Assembly (NCBI GenBank): GCA_965601925.1
Contig: OZ271854.1
Span: 1,472,001 to 1,536,000, forward strand
From: Alkalispirochaeta sp.
GTDB lineage: Bacteria; Spirochaetota; Spirochaetia; DSM-27196; Alkalispirochaetaceae
Length of the DNA stretch: 64,000 nucleotides
Direction: 5' to 3'
Numbering within the stretch: the first letter of the stretch is position 1; every line of letters starts with the position of its first letter. Shown piece after piece: positions 17,543 to 27,530 of this stretch. Position numbers and translations under genes: made by a program. Below the pieces are notes generated by a model. It saw only the letters and a list, made by a program, of their open reading frames with translations. It did not search any database and was not told the DNA's origin.

Positions 17543-19978
17543 TCAGCGCACCGTGACGTCGACGGTTCCGAACGCCGGGCACGGCGCGAGACCATCCATC
17601 GTATCGGCATCGAATATCGACATTGCCGGTACGCCCGGTCGAACGACGACGGCGTGGAGGCGGTCCCATCGCGTCTGCGCGGCCCCATCGCCGTGTTGTA
17701 CCGCTACCGTCAGTCGTGCGTCGCCGTCATTATACGCCGCGGTCGCGCTCCAATACGCTCCGTCGCGATACCCGAATCCCTCGCCCGCGTCACCGTAGAT
17801 CGAACCTTCGGCGCGCCCGTTCTCGTCGGGCACGACCAGAAGGCGCAGTACACCGTCGCCCGCCTCGCCGGTATGTTGGCGCACCGCCTCGTAGGGAATG
17901 ATATAACCGCCGCGAAAGTACATCGGTACGCGATCGAGCGGGGCCTCGGCGGCGACGACCGTACCGCCGGCGTCACTTCGACCGGGATCTCCGGCGACGA
18001 TTCTGTCGCCGGTCCATACGTCGTACCAGACGCCGGCGGGAAGATAGACGGCGCGTTCGGCGACGCCCGGGTCTTTGATCGGCGCGATGAGGACGGCGGG
18101 GCCCGCCATGTAAGAGTCGGCGCGGTTGTGGACGCGCGTATCGTCGGGAAACTCCCACACCAGCGGTCTCATGATCGGCGCGCCGGTTCGGGATGCCAAC
18201 TCAAAGAGCGTATAGAGGTACGGGAGTAGTCGATAGCGTAACTCGACGAAACGTCGAGCGATGGAGACGACCTCCTCGCCGAAACTCCACGGCTCGTGAT
18301 CCTCGGTGTCCAAGGCGCTATGGGCGCGGAAGAAGGGGACCAGACACGCCGCAGCGATCCAGCGGGCGTAGAGCTCCGGATTCGCGTTGAACTGAAATCC
18401 GCCCACATCACCGCCTACAAAGGGTACGCCGCTCAAGGCGACGTTCATAAACATCGGTTGCATCAGACCGATGTGCTCCCACCAACTGCTGTTGTCTCCC
18501 GTCCAGACCGCGGCGTGTCGCTGGATTCCGGCATATCCGGCGCGCGTCAGGACAAACCCGCGCTCGTTGGGACGGTAGCGCGCAAAGGCGCTTTTGGTGG
18601 CCATGTTCATGCCGTTGGCGTAGGCGTTGTGTAGGCGCGCCATGGACGTCGGATGGCCGTCGTTCCGAACCACAAGAGAGGAGGGAACGGTATAGTCGGG
18701 ACGATAGATCTCATCCCCGGTAAAGTCCGCCGGCTCGTTCATGTCGTTCCAGATCCCGTCTACGCCGTTGTCGAGAAGTCGGTGGTGCCACTCGGCCCAC
18801 CAGTCACGGGCCGAACGATCGGTAAAGTCGGGAAACGCGGCCTCCCCGGGCCACACTTTGCCGACGTAGGTGGTACCGGTCGGATCCTGCAGAAAGACGC
18901 CCTTCTCAAAACCGTCGGCGAACACCGGACAGTCCGGATCGACCTTCACGCCGGGGTCTACGATCGTCACGAGGTGAAATCCATCCTCCCTGAGGCGGTC
19001 GTTCATCGACTTCGGATCCGGGAAGCGCTCTCGATCCCACGTGAAGACACGATACCCGTCCATGTAATGGATATCGAGATAGAGAACGTCGCACGGAATC
19101 CGATTCCGGCGCATCGCACGCGCCACTTCGAAGACGCGGCCCTCGGGATAGTAACTGTATCGACATTGTTGAAACCCGAGCGCCCATTCGGGTGGCAGCG
19201 CCATGGTGCCGGTGAGGCCCGACCACGCCGCCACGGCGGCTGGAAGCGACTCGTTGCGCGCAATGTATAGATCGAAGTCGGTATCGTACACCTCGATTTG
19301 GAGGCGATCTCGCTCCCCCTCGCCGACGTCGAGGTAGACCGTAGCGGTACTATCTACGAATACGGTCTTGGTCCCCTCGGGAGTAAACAGGTGCGCGACG
19401 GGGATCGATTGGTAGAGGGGATCGCGCTCCGGTGTATGATCCGGCTCGTCGGAGTTCCACATGATCCAGCTACGCCCCCGTTTGTCCAGGGAACCGGTCT
19501 TCTCACCGAGTCCGTAGACACGCACGTCCTCCTCAAGGGGAAGTGAGAGCAACACGCCGTCGCGACAGCGCGATATCTCAATGGGACCGGCTTCCGAGTG
19601 AGAGAATCGATGGCCGGCGACGGTGACCGGCACGACGCCCCGCGTGTCCTCGTGCGGATTCACGTTTCCTTCGACTCCACCGTGCCCGACGAAGTACCGC
19701 TTGGTCCGACTATCGGTGAAGGCTTGAGGCGCGTCTATGTCGGTGGTCTCCCAGACGCGCCGCGCTTCGGTCGCCTCGTCGATGGCCCACGAGCGGCGAT
19801 CTCGCACCGTACCGACATCCGTCTCGTCGTCGAGTGTGACCGAGAGGCGAACCCATCCGTCGCGGGAGCGTGAGAAGGTCGTAGAACCGTTTGAAAAACG
19901 ATATGTCGTGCAATTCGTCGTCGTGTCGCTTGCGCGTACCTCGCCGAGAGAGAACCACTGTGTATGTCGATGATGCAT
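17543..19978 (-). CDS. Glycoside hydrolase family 31 (alpha-glucosidase)
   Basis: YGLGEKTG, LDIHYMDGYRVFTWD, WNDMNEP nucleophile, WTGDN, FFRAHS. Confidence 0.93.
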   Translation of the reverse strand: MHHRHTQWFSLGEVRASDTTTNCTTYRFSNGSTTFSRSRDGWVRLSVTLDDETDVGTVRDRRSWAIDEATEARRVWETTDIDAPQAFTDSRTKRYFVGHGGVEGNVNPHEDTRGVVPVTVAGHRFSHSEAGPIEISRCRDGVLLSLPLEEDVRVYGLGEKTGSLDKRGRSWIMWNSDEPDHTPERDPLYQSIPVAHLFTPEGTKTVFVDSTATVYLDVGEGERDRLQIEVYDTDFDLYIARNESLPAAVAAWSGLTGTMALPPEWALGFQQCRYSYYPEGRVFEVARAMRRNRIPCDVLYLDIHYMDGYRVFTWDRERFPDPKSMNDRLREDGFHLVTIVDPGVKVDPDCPVFADGFEKGVFLQDPTGTTYVGKVWPGEAAFPDFTDRSARDWWAEWHHRLLDNGVDGIWNDMNEPADFTGDEIYRPDYTVPSSLVVRNDGHPTSMARLHNAYANGMNMATKSAFARYRPNERGFVLTRAGYAGIQRHAAVWTGDNSSWWEHIGLMQPMFMNVALSGVPFVGGDVGGFQFNANPELYARWIAAACLVPFFRAHSALDTEDHEPWSFGEEVVSIARRFVELRYRLLPYLYTLFELASRTGAPIMRPLVWEFPDDTRVHNRADSYMAGPAVLIAPIKDPGVAERAVYLPAGVWYDVWTGDRIVAGDPGRSDAGGTVVAAEAPLDRVPMYFRGGYIIPYEAVRQHTGEAGDGVLRLLVVPDENGRAEGSIYGDAGEGFGYRDGAYWSATAAYNDGDARLTVAVQHGDGAAQTRWDRLHAVVVRPGVPAMSIFDADTMDGLAPCPAFGTVDVTVR

Positions 19979-19989
19979 CGGCGCCTATA

Positions 19990-20481
19990 CTACTCGGCGC
20001 CGGCTTCCGTGACTACCGCCGTGAGATCCTCCTCGGAAAAGATTCTGTCCGTGTCGAGGATGATGATGAACTGCTCGTCTTGCTTGCCGATTCCGCGAAT
20101 AAACTCGGTGTTGATACGCGTACCGATCTGCGGCGCCGGCTCGATCTGATCTTCGTTGAGATTAATCACCTCCTGCACGCTATCGGCGAGCGTACCCAAG
20201 GTCACCGTCTCTCCATCGATATTCACTTCCATTACGATGATACTCGTGTCGATCGTCTTTTCCGTCTCTCCCATCTGAAACTTGAGACGGAGATCGATCA
20301 CCGGCACGACGCTCCCACGGAGATTGATGACGCCGCGCATGAAATCCTGCGTTTTCGGTACACGTGTCACCGTCGTATATTCGAGGACCTCTCTTACGTC
20401 GTAAACCTCGACGGCATAGAACTCATCGGCGAGCGTAAAAACCAGATACTGACTACTCGTTGCACGTGCCACATCACTCAT
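19990..20481 (-). CDS. cheW: Chemotaxis coupling protein CheW
   Basis: QYLVFTL, TRVPKTQDFMRGVINLRGSVVPVIDLR. Confidence 0.95.
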   Translation of the reverse strand: MSDVARATSSQYLVFTLADEFYAVEVYDVREVLEYTTVTRVPKTQDFMRGVINLRGSVVPVIDLRLKFQMGETEKTIDTSIIVMEVNIDGETVTLGTLADSVQEVINLNEDQIEPAPQIGTRINTEFIRGIGKQDEQFIIILDTDRIFSEEDLTAVVTEAGAE

Positions 20482-20536
20482 GATGTCCTCCGTATATCTC
20501 CAATCGTAGTGCAGCCGCTATCGCGGTGCAAACATA

Positions 20537-21424
20537 TCACCGCATCCTACCGGCAAGGATCTTGTCCGCGAGACGATCGAGGGAGCGTCCCTCCAATCCA
20601 ATCATACCACCGACCTCGCGGATTCGCCCCTCGAGTCGATCGAGATCGCCGTCTTCCTCGATACCGATGAGACGCTGCAACGCCTCGAACTCCGTCTTGG
20701 AGAAGCGCACCGCACCCCGGACGTGTTCGTCGAACGCCTCGGTCGCGATCGGGCAAACCCGTCCGGCGATATCGAACATCACCTCACCGTAGACGCGAAT
20801 CTCGTGTTGGGCGTGAGGATCGAGACGGAGCTTGAGAAAGTGAAAGAGATTGTGCAGATCTATCTGCCAGTACCACTCGGTATAGGTAGAGAGGGGAAGG
20901 TTGATCCTCGCGAGCTCGCGCGCCACATCGCGTTGCAGAAGCTCCTCGTACGCCTCATAGGCGCCCCGTTGCCGGGCCGCAAGCGCCTCGCGAATCTTCT
21001 CGCGCACATCTTCGGGAAACGGCTGCGCGCCTCGGCCCTGCTTGTTGTCCGCCGACTGCGGTGCAATCGCCGAACCTTCGGGAAGATAGAACTCATCCTT
21101 CATGACGCTGTAGCGACCGCTGATCTCATTGAGGCGCGCGGTGCGATGCCGGACCCATTGACGGGCGACGAAAATCGGCATCTTGGTATGAAAGGTAAAT
21201 ATCACCTGCTCAAAGGGTGATGTGTGCTCGTTGCGCAGGAGATAGTGAATCAGTCCGCGATCCTGACGAAACGATTTGGTACCTTCGCCGTATGAGACGC
21301 GCGCGGATTGTACGATTCGCCGGTCGCCGCCGAGATAGTCCACCAGTCGAACGAACCCTCGATCGAGGACGGGAAATGCGTGGTCGAGGATCTCTTCGGC
21401 CTCGGCAACCACTTCGTGGGCCAT
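20537..21424 (-). CDS. thyX: FAD-dependent thymidylate synthase
   Basis: ARVSY, HTSPFEQ, PIFVARQWVRHR, NEISGRY, HAQHEIR; AAGGAG RBS before ATG 21424. Confidence 0.95.
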   Translation of the reverse strand: MAHEVVAEAEEILDHAFPVLDRGFVRLVDYLGGDRRIVQSARVSYGEGTKSFRQDRGLIHYLLRNEHTSPFEQVIFTFHTKMPIFVARQWVRHRTARLNEISGRYSVMKDEFYLPEGSAIAPQSADNKQGRGAQPFPEDVREKIREALAARQRGAYEAYEELLQRDVARELARINLPLSTYTEWYWQIDLHNLFHFLKLRLDPHAQHEIRVYGEVMFDIAGRVCPIATEAFDEHVRGAVRFSKTEFEALQRLIGIEEDGDLDRLEGRIREVGGMIGLEGRSLDRLADKILAGRMR

Positions 21425-21527
21425 GAGCTTCTCCTTTCGCGGGTATTGTAGCCCGCCGGCCCATGATGGACCACCTCTCGCGGAGAAGACTGGCACATCG
21501 TGCGTCGATACCGTTATGGTGTTGGAT

Positions 21528-22730
21528 ATGAAGACAAAGAGGCTTTCGGCGATACCGATCATCGCCTTACTCATAACGACGTCCCTTCCCCTGTGGGCAC
21601 ACTCAGGACAGGCGCCCGCGGCGGCCGACGAATATGTAGAAGTATGGGGCGTTCAACGGTCCGACAACGGGTACGATTTTTACGCGCGCAACGACCATTT
21701 CATTCCCATGTACGTCAACGTGAGCTTCCGACAGCTCGTAAGCCTCGCACCGAGCGTCGACCTCCCGTGGAGCGGAGCGATAGCCCCCGGGGAGACTCGC
21801 CAACGCCTTTTCACGTTGGAACCGACGGCAACCCGCGGACGAATCGGCTACGACCTCGTGTATACCTTTGCGTACGGAGACCCGGAAACGGCGCAACACG
21901 ACGACGAGTATCTGTATCTCTTTCCGTTTGCTCACGGAAGCAAGCATCGAATCACTCAGGGGCACAACGGAACGTTCTCACACTTCGACGAGAACCGATA
22001 CGCGGTGGACTTCGACTTGGATGAGGGAACGGCAATCCACGCCGCACGCGACGGGATCGTCGTCCGCGTCAGGGAGGACAGTCGAGTCGGCGGTCCTTCG
22101 ACGGCGTACGCGGACCGCGGCAACGTCGTTATGATCGCCCACGACGACGGGAGCTTCGGTAATTATGTGCATCTCATGTACCGCGGCGCCGAGGTGGAAG
22201 TAGGCGATCGGGTACGGTCGGGCCAACTCATCGGCTACAGCGGAAACACCGGCATCTCCAGCGGACCGCATCTCCACTTCGACGTTCGCCTGCCGATGGC
22301 AAACGGCCGCATGCAGAGCATTCCGTTCCTGTTTCGCGGTCTCGAAGGTGAGGCGGTGGAGCCGGTGGAGGGTGCGTTTCACTACGCTACGCACCCCGGC
22401 GGGGCGCCCTTTGAGGTGGTATTCGGCGAGGATCTGACCGTCGCCGACTTTGCCGACCACCGCGCCGAAATCGCTTTGAGCAACACCATCGAGTTTCGCG
22501 CCGAGGAGTACGACCTGACATTCGCCGTATTCGTCGGCAACGGATTTCCCGATCCCATTCAGGCTACGATCGGCTTCAACCTCGTGAATATGCGCGCCGA
22601 CACCGCAGCTCCGGTGGAACTGACGATCCCGGCCGGGACCGAACTCTTCGTCACGTTGCTGCGCGCCGACCCGCGAGCCGACAGACTCCAATATTCCCCG
22701 ACGGTGCGTTACAGACGGCTGTCGGAGTAG
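21528..22730 (+). CDS. M23 family metallopeptidase, secreted
   Basis: Signal peptide, HxxxxxxxxD region (SHFDENRYAVDF), YVHL, SGNTGISSGPHLHF. Confidence 0.9.
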   Translation: MKTKRLSAIPIIALLITTSLPLWAHSGQAPAAADEYVEVWGVQRSDNGYDFYARNDHFIPMYVNVSFRQLVSLAPSVDLPWSGAIAPGETRQRLFTLEPTATRGRIGYDLVYTFAYGDPETAQHDDEYLYLFPFAHGSKHRITQGHNGTFSHFDENRYAVDFDLDEGTAIHAARDGIVVRVREDSRVGGPSTAYADRGNVVMIAHDDGSFGNYVHLMYRGAEVEVGDRVRSGQLIGYSGNTGISSGPHLHFDVRLPMANGRMQSIPFLFRGLEGEAVEPVEGAFHYATHPGGAPFEVVFGEDLTVADFADHRAEIALSNTIEFRAEEYDLTFAVFVGNGFPDPIQATIGFNLVNMRADTAAPVELTIPAGTELFVTLLRADPRADRLQYSPTVRYRRLSE

Positions 22731-22765
22731 GTACGACGCGAGCTGCGGGGCACGCCGCAAGAACA

Positions 22766-22969
22766 CTACCGCCGGCGCCGCGCTCCTCGGCTCGTACCGC
22801 GAGCCATCCAGCCGATGATGAGCCCGGCGCCCAGCACGACAAACAACATCACCGCCCGTGAGATGGTAACCGTCCACATCAAAAACCGAACCGTCACCAT
22901 GTCGGCATTTTGGAGCGTGAATATGACGACCAGTGCGCCCAGAATCAAACCAGTGATAAACTTAACCAT
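22766..22969 (-). CDS. LapA/DUF1049 family small membrane protein
   Basis: FTLQNADMVTVRFL between two hydrophobic helices, basic tail; AAGGTG RBS. Confidence 0.8.
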   Translation of the reverse strand: MVKFITGLILGALVVIFTLQNADMVTVRFLMWTVTISRAVMLFVVLGAGLIIGWMARGTSRGARRRR

Positions 22970-23229
22970 ACGACACCTTCAAATTTGGATTGGATCGTCT
23001 CTACGATACATCACGCGGGGCGGAAGAAAAAGGGTGGGTTGGAACGCATATCGCGCACGAAGACGCACACGGTACATACTTCTGCATCGACGGCCGCGTA
23101 AAGCGCACCGGAATGAATGCGTGTGGAACACCTGGTACGGACGTTCGGAGAAGGGTCGTATCGGATCGCTACAATGAGGGTCGACTCGGAGACAATGCGC
23201 GGTGAGTCGTAGAAAGGCGGATCGCGAAA

Positions 23230-23262
23230 CATCGAACCGCCCCGATCGAGGCGGCCCGATGT
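23230..23262 (-). terminator. Probable terminator hairpin after the 23272-23601 gene
   Basis: Minus strand CATCGGGCCGCCTCG-AT-CGGGGCGGTTCGATG followed by TTT. Confidence 0.5.
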
Positions 23263-23271
23263 GAAGAAGTC

Positions 23272-23601
23272 TCAGTCGAGGTCGTCGAGCGTAATTACGA
23301 GGTCGTACAGCGCGATGTCCACGCCCCAGATGGTGTAGGTATCTCCATCCTCGTCCTCAGCCCGAACGTCGAAAATCGAAGAGGGATATCCGGTCACATC
23401 GACGCGCACCGTCTCTCCATACTCGAGAATATCGTTACCGAGAACATCCTCTTCCCACGAGTCCGAGTCCTCGTGACTGATGTAGAGAAAGTAGATGTCG
23501 AATCCGGTGTCGTTGGTCACCTCGATATACCCGTCGAAGGCGAACACGGCGGTCGACGTCATGAGAAGAACTACAAAGAGAGACAGAATCTTTTTGAACA
23601 T
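23272..23601 (-). CDS. Small secreted acidic protein of unknown function
   Basis: AAGGAG RBS, signal peptide (AVFA), TNDTGFDIYFLYIS...WEEDVLG...FDVRAEDEDGDTY. Confidence 0.85.
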   Translation of the reverse strand: MFKKILSLFVVLLMTSTAVFAFDGYIEVTNDTGFDIYFLYISHEDSDSWEEDVLGNDILEYGETVRVDVTGYPSSIFDVRAEDEDGDTYTIWGVDIALYDLVITLDDLD

Positions 23602-23756
23602 CGCGTAACTCCTTTTTTGAGGGCGAGATGAGACTACCCCTTGCCCCCCAGCAATGTATTGGTATTGTAATGGTATATCGAAATGGAATCACCAGTCGAG
23701 AGCACCCAAACAATCAGCTTTGTGAAAAGCGGCGAATATAGTACCCGCCGGCACAC

Positions 23757-23783
23757 AAAAAAACCGCTCCACGGGAGGAGCGG
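23757..23783 (-). terminator. Rho-independent terminator
   Basis: Minus strand CCGCTCC-TCCCGT-GGAGCGG followed by T7, downstream of the 23808 stop. Confidence 0.8.
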
Positions 23784-23807
23784 CTTCTCATACAAACGAA
23801 GGCGCGA

Positions 23808-24242
23808 CTAAGGTCGTCCCAAAATTGAGTTTAGTGAGACATTGTTTCCCACCGTTAACGAGTCAATGAACCAATCGTCACCGTCTTGTAGCATTTGGAA
23901 AGTCGCGGCATCATCAAGAAAAGTTCGTTCCGAGTTGAACGTAGCCGTAGCATTTGAGCCGTCTACCACGATGTTCGTAATAGTGTAGGTTCCCGACTCG
24001 TCCGGTGGGAACTCAGTATTCAATGTGTCCGGATCGGCCGCTATTTGGCGCGTATTACTCTCGGGGTGCCAGTTGAGGTACACCTGGCTGTAGTTATTGT
24101 TGAGGTCCGAGGCGAGTTGGTTGATTCGGTCGGTAATGCTGACCCCGTCCGATTCGGTAGAACACCCGACGAGGAGCACCACCGCCGCCGCGACCAAGGC
24201 AAGGATACCAAGGCGGCGTATCATGTTTTTGTTCACATTCAT
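23808..24242 (-). CDS. Lipoprotein of unknown function (possibly NTF2-like)
   Basis: GGAGG RBS, LLVGC lipobox, C-terminal DGDDWFID. Confidence 0.8.
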   Translation of the reverse strand: MNVNKNMIRRLGILALVAAAVVLLVGCSTESDGVSITDRINQLASDLNNNYSQVYLNWHPESNTRQIAADPDTLNTEFPPDESGTYTITNIVVDGSNATATFNSERTFLDDAATFQMLQDGDDWFIDSLTVGNNVSLNSILGRP

Positions 24243-24260
24243 ATCGACACTCCTCCGTTT

Positions 24261-25316
24261 CTAAATATCGACATCCACGAGATCGGGCGTCACGCGCCGC
24301 TCGTACTCCGCTAGAATTTCCTCGTACGTCGCAACAAAGTCGCGGTAGACCGGGTTGGCGGCGTCCAGGAAAAACCGACTGCGCATCTCTACGTATATGC
24401 CGCCCAACACGTACCTCCGCAATGAGAGCGCCGTGAGGGCGTAGTATCGCGTGTTAAAGGCGTGAATCGTCGCCTCGTTGCTGAGGGGAGTGATCTCCTC
24501 GCGGAGCGCATCGGCCTCGGCCGACTCCCGTCCGTGCGTATCGACGGCCGCCACGAGCTCCTCGTACTTCGCGTCGTATAGAGCCCTGGCATCGCGGTAC
24601 AGGGCGCGCGTCTCATCGAGCTGTCGGTAGTAGGCTTCAAGCTGCGTCTCGATACGGCGCAGGGCGCCGACCGGATCGTCGAGAAGATCCTCGGACTTCT
24701 GTTGGTTCCACGAGGAAAAATCGACGGCGCGGCCGATGATCTCGAAGGTCTCTCCCGGCGGCTCGCCGGGGGCCACCTCTACGCCCTGGTTGGCGGCTAC
24801 GTTCACCGACTCACCGGCGGAGGTGACCTCGACTTCGCCCGACTCGACCAGAAAGAGGCTGCTTCCGTCGGCGCCGGCGTAGACGGTAACCTCCGTACCG
24901 CGAATGCCGGCGACCGTCGAGGCGGTCCCGATGAGCGGTTCGTCACGTCCGATGACACGGTTGAACCGATACCGCACCGCGCCGGCGCTGTTGGTCATCA
25001 CCGTCTCGCGTCGACCCACCCGTTCCACCTCGCGTATGGTAAAGACCGTGTCGGCCTCGACCTGGATCGTCGCCCCTTCGCCCTGTTCCAACTCCACGTA
25101 GTCGATCACACCGGTGACCACACTGTCACCGACCTCCAACCCGGTGCCGAAATCGAGCCACTCCGTGGCGCCGGCGACGGTACGAAGCTCGGGCTCGCCC
25201 TCCAGATACACCACCTCGGCGTCATCCGCAACGAGGCTCGGCGTAACGATCACCATGAGCGCGGCCGCCGTGCGGAGGAGTGCTCGGTAGTTCATGCGAA
25301 TCCATCGAGGTCTCAT
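24261..25316 (-). CDS. FecR-domain exported protein with helical C-terminus
   Basis: VVYLEGEP, GDSVVTG, TASTVAGIRGT, VESGEVEV; start may be the downstream ATG (MNYRA). Confidence 0.8.
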   Translation of the reverse strand: MRPRWIRMNYRALLRTAAALMVIVTPSLVADDAEVVYLEGEPELRTVAGATEWLDFGTGLEVGDSVVTGVIDYVELEQGEGATIQVEADTVFTIREVERVGRRETVMTNSAGAVRYRFNRVIGRDEPLIGTASTVAGIRGTEVTVYAGADGSSLFLVESGEVEVTSAGESVNVAANQGVEVAPGEPPGETFEIIGRAVDFSSWNQQKSEDLLDDPVGALRRIETQLEAYYRQLDETRALYRDARALYDAKYEELVAAVDTHGRESAEADALREEITPLSNEATIHAFNTRYYALTALSLRRYVLGGIYVEMRSRFFLDAANPVYRDFVATYEEILAEYERRVTPDLVDVDI

Positions 25317-25318
25317 CG

Positions 25319-25780
25319 TTAACCCTCCGTCGGCCCGGTGAAGCCGAATATCCGCGGCGTTCTGCCGTCGCGTTCCCCGGTTACAATCAAAAACGTTCCA
25401 TGAGTCGTACGCACCGTGGCAAGGCCGGCGTCTTCGGCGGCGTAGCGTTCAAACCACGCCCGTACATCCATGGAATCGCCGAAGGCGCGATACGTGTTCC
25501 CATCCACCGGGCCCACCTCCTGGACCGTCGCGGCGTCGAAGGCAAATCCCGCCTCGCGAAGATTCGTCCACATGGTGTTGAGGTCGCTCTCGAGGATGAC
25601 GATCTCGCCGTCAAACAGAAACGGACGAGCCGACAGTTCGGCGAGACGCTCGATACCGGCGGTGTTGAGCTCGCCTACGAGCGCCTCGACGCGTCCCTCC
25701 CGTTGGGATACGGGAACCGTGGCGCATGAGGCGAGAGCCGCCGCCATGGCCACAACGGCGATTGTGCGTGGGTATTTCAT
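25319..25780 (-). CDS. Lipoprotein of unknown function
   Basis: LASC lipobox; tightly spaced operon with the FecR gene; TTGAAA-17-TATCCT upstream. Confidence 0.8.
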   Translation of the reverse strand: MKYPRTIAVVAMAAALASCATVPVSQREGRVEALVGELNTAGIERLAELSARPFLFDGEIVILESDLNTMWTNLREAGFAFDAATVQEVGPVDGNTYRAFGDSMDVRAWFERYAAEDAGLATVRTTHGTFLIVTGERDGRTPRIFGFTGPTEG

Positions 25781-25822
25781 CTCACCAGAAGGATAGACCG
25801 CTCGCGGCGGAGTTTCAACAAT

Positions 25823-26701
25823 TCAATACGCGTGGAGGCTCCGATAGAGCAGATTAACGCCGAAAAGGGTGAACATCGCCGCGGCATACCCGGTCACCGA
25901 GAGCCAATGGCTCACACGGCCGCGTCCCCATTTCCGTATTCGGGCGTGGAGATAGAGCGAATAGACGATCCAGGTAACCAGAGCCCACGTCTCCTTGGGA
26001 TCCCAGCCCCAGTACCGTCCCCACGATTGCTGCGCCCAAATGGCACCGAATATGAGCGCACCGACGGTAAAGAGTCCATAGCCCACGGCGATACTACGGT
26101 ACACCAACAGATCCAGCGTGCGTTGCGAGGCGGCCGACGGACCGGTCGATTCGACGAGGGCTTCGCCGCGACGGCGTAGGCGACGATCGCGGATCAACCA
26201 GACGATACTCCCGACGAAGGCGACGGCAAAGAGCGCCTCGCCGAGAAAGGCGAGCACGATATGCAGCGGAAGCCAGACGCTGCGCAGCGCGGGCACGACC
26301 GGACCGACCGTGGTACGCACGAGGGGCGACGAGGCGATCCCGACGAGTACGAGGGCGAGCAACGAAGACCCGAGCGATATCGGACCCGAGACGGTATCGC
26401 CGCGCAAAGGCCCCCGCAGCTCCAGAAAGCCGACGACGCCCAAAATGAATGCGGCAAAGAGAACCAGGCTGTTCGATTGGCCGAAGATGGCGATGAATCC
26501 TATGGCGAAGCTGCGCAGGACGAGGACCGTCACGAACCCGATGGCGAGAACCATGCGGGCGACCCCTCCGATACGAGCGGGCGGGCGACCGCGCAGCACG
26601 CGAACTGCGTCAAAGACCAACAAGGCACCGAGCAAGATTGCCGAAAAGAGCGCGACCCTATTTGCCGCGGCAACGAGGCGGAGCGTCGTTTCAGGATTCA
26701 T
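25823..26701 (-). CDS. ccsA: Cytochrome c biogenesis protein CcsA/ResC (system II)
   Basis: PALRSVWLPLH, WWD motif GAIWAQQSWGRYWGWDPKETWALVTW, YLH, LHAY. Confidence 0.92.
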   Translation of the reverse strand: MNPETTLRLVAAANRVALFSAILLGALLVFDAVRVLRGRPPARIGGVARMVLAIGFVTVLVLRSFAIGFIAIFGQSNSLVLFAAFILGVVGFLELRGPLRGDTVSGPISLGSSLLALVLVGIASSPLVRTTVGPVVPALRSVWLPLHIVLAFLGEALFAVAFVGSIVWLIRDRRLRRRGEALVESTGPSAASQRTLDLLVYRSIAVGYGLFTVGALIFGAIWAQQSWGRYWGWDPKETWALVTWIVYSLYLHARIRKWGRGRVSHWLSVTGYAAAMFTLFGVNLLYRSLHAY

Positions 26702-27530
26702 CGGGAGACCTCCTGAGGGCGCGGTCCACGGTAAACCAGAAGAGCGCGGCGGTGAGTATTATGGAGCCGATAAGGACGATTACGGCGCCCGGGTCGCGTA
26801 CCAGCGTTATGACGGTACTCGGTACCTCGGTGGTTCCGACCACCACGAGTTCGCCGAACTGCTGACCGGTCACGACCGGGAAGCGCCCTCGTTCCGTTCC
26901 GCCGCGCGACCATACCAACTCGAAGTGTTCGTCCCCGCGCTCGAAAAGGTATACGTCCTCTCCGATTTGAAATCCTTCGTTCTCCGCCATCGTGTACTCC
27001 TCACCGTCGTCGGCCACCATGCGAACGACCGAAACGTACGCCCACGCCGTCTGATACACGGTGTATCGAGCGATCCGAAACGGACGGTTGACGCGTGTTT
27101 CCATCCGATATTGGTCCGCCGTTTCGCGATTCAATACGGAGAACCTCGATATCCAATTGTCGTCGGTCCGCTCGGTATCCTCAAGGGTAAGCTCGAATCG
27201 TTGTCCAAGCGTAAATCGGTCGCCGGGGGAGAGCTGCAACGCCTCTTCATGCCGTCCCGTGAGCGAGCCCACCCCGCCCAGCAGGAGGACGAGCAGACCG
27301 ATGTGGATCAGATCCGGTAGATAGTCGGACACGCGACGATGGGGATGACGAGCCAACCGATACACGGTACACGCGACGAGATTGATACCAAAGAGGATCA
27401 AAAGAGCCAAAAACACCGGGGACCGAAATCCCCACCCTGCAACGGTGGCAAGCGCCGCGTAGAGCGCTACTGTCGAAAGAAGCACTACCGTCAGCGTAAG
27501 GGAACGGAGGAACCGAAATGGACGCACCAT
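26691..27530 (-). CDS. Cytochrome c biogenesis protein ResB/Ccs1-like (short)
   Basis: FRSPVF, INLVACT, LIHIG, VNRPF...YQTAW, RDPG then TM; overlaps ccsA. Confidence 0.8.
   Translation of the reverse strand: MVRPFRFLRSLTLTVVLLSTVALYAALATVAGWGFRSPVFLALLILFGINLVACTVYRLARHPHRRVSDYLPDLIHIGLLVLLLGGVGSLTGRHEEALQLSPGDRFTLGQRFELTLEDTERTDDNWISRFSVLNRETADQYRMETRVNRPFRIARYTVYQTAWAYVSVVRMVADDGEEYTMAENEGFQIGEDVYLFERGDEHFELVWSRGGTERGRFPVVTGQQFGELVVVGTTEVPSTVITLVRDPGAVIVLIGSIILTAALFWFTVDRALRRSPDES

Noticed and set aside
22970..23230. Possible ncRNA or small ORF in the gap upstream of the LapA-like gene
   Set aside because: No tRNA fold, known RNA motif, or SD-supported ORF with coding features was evident.
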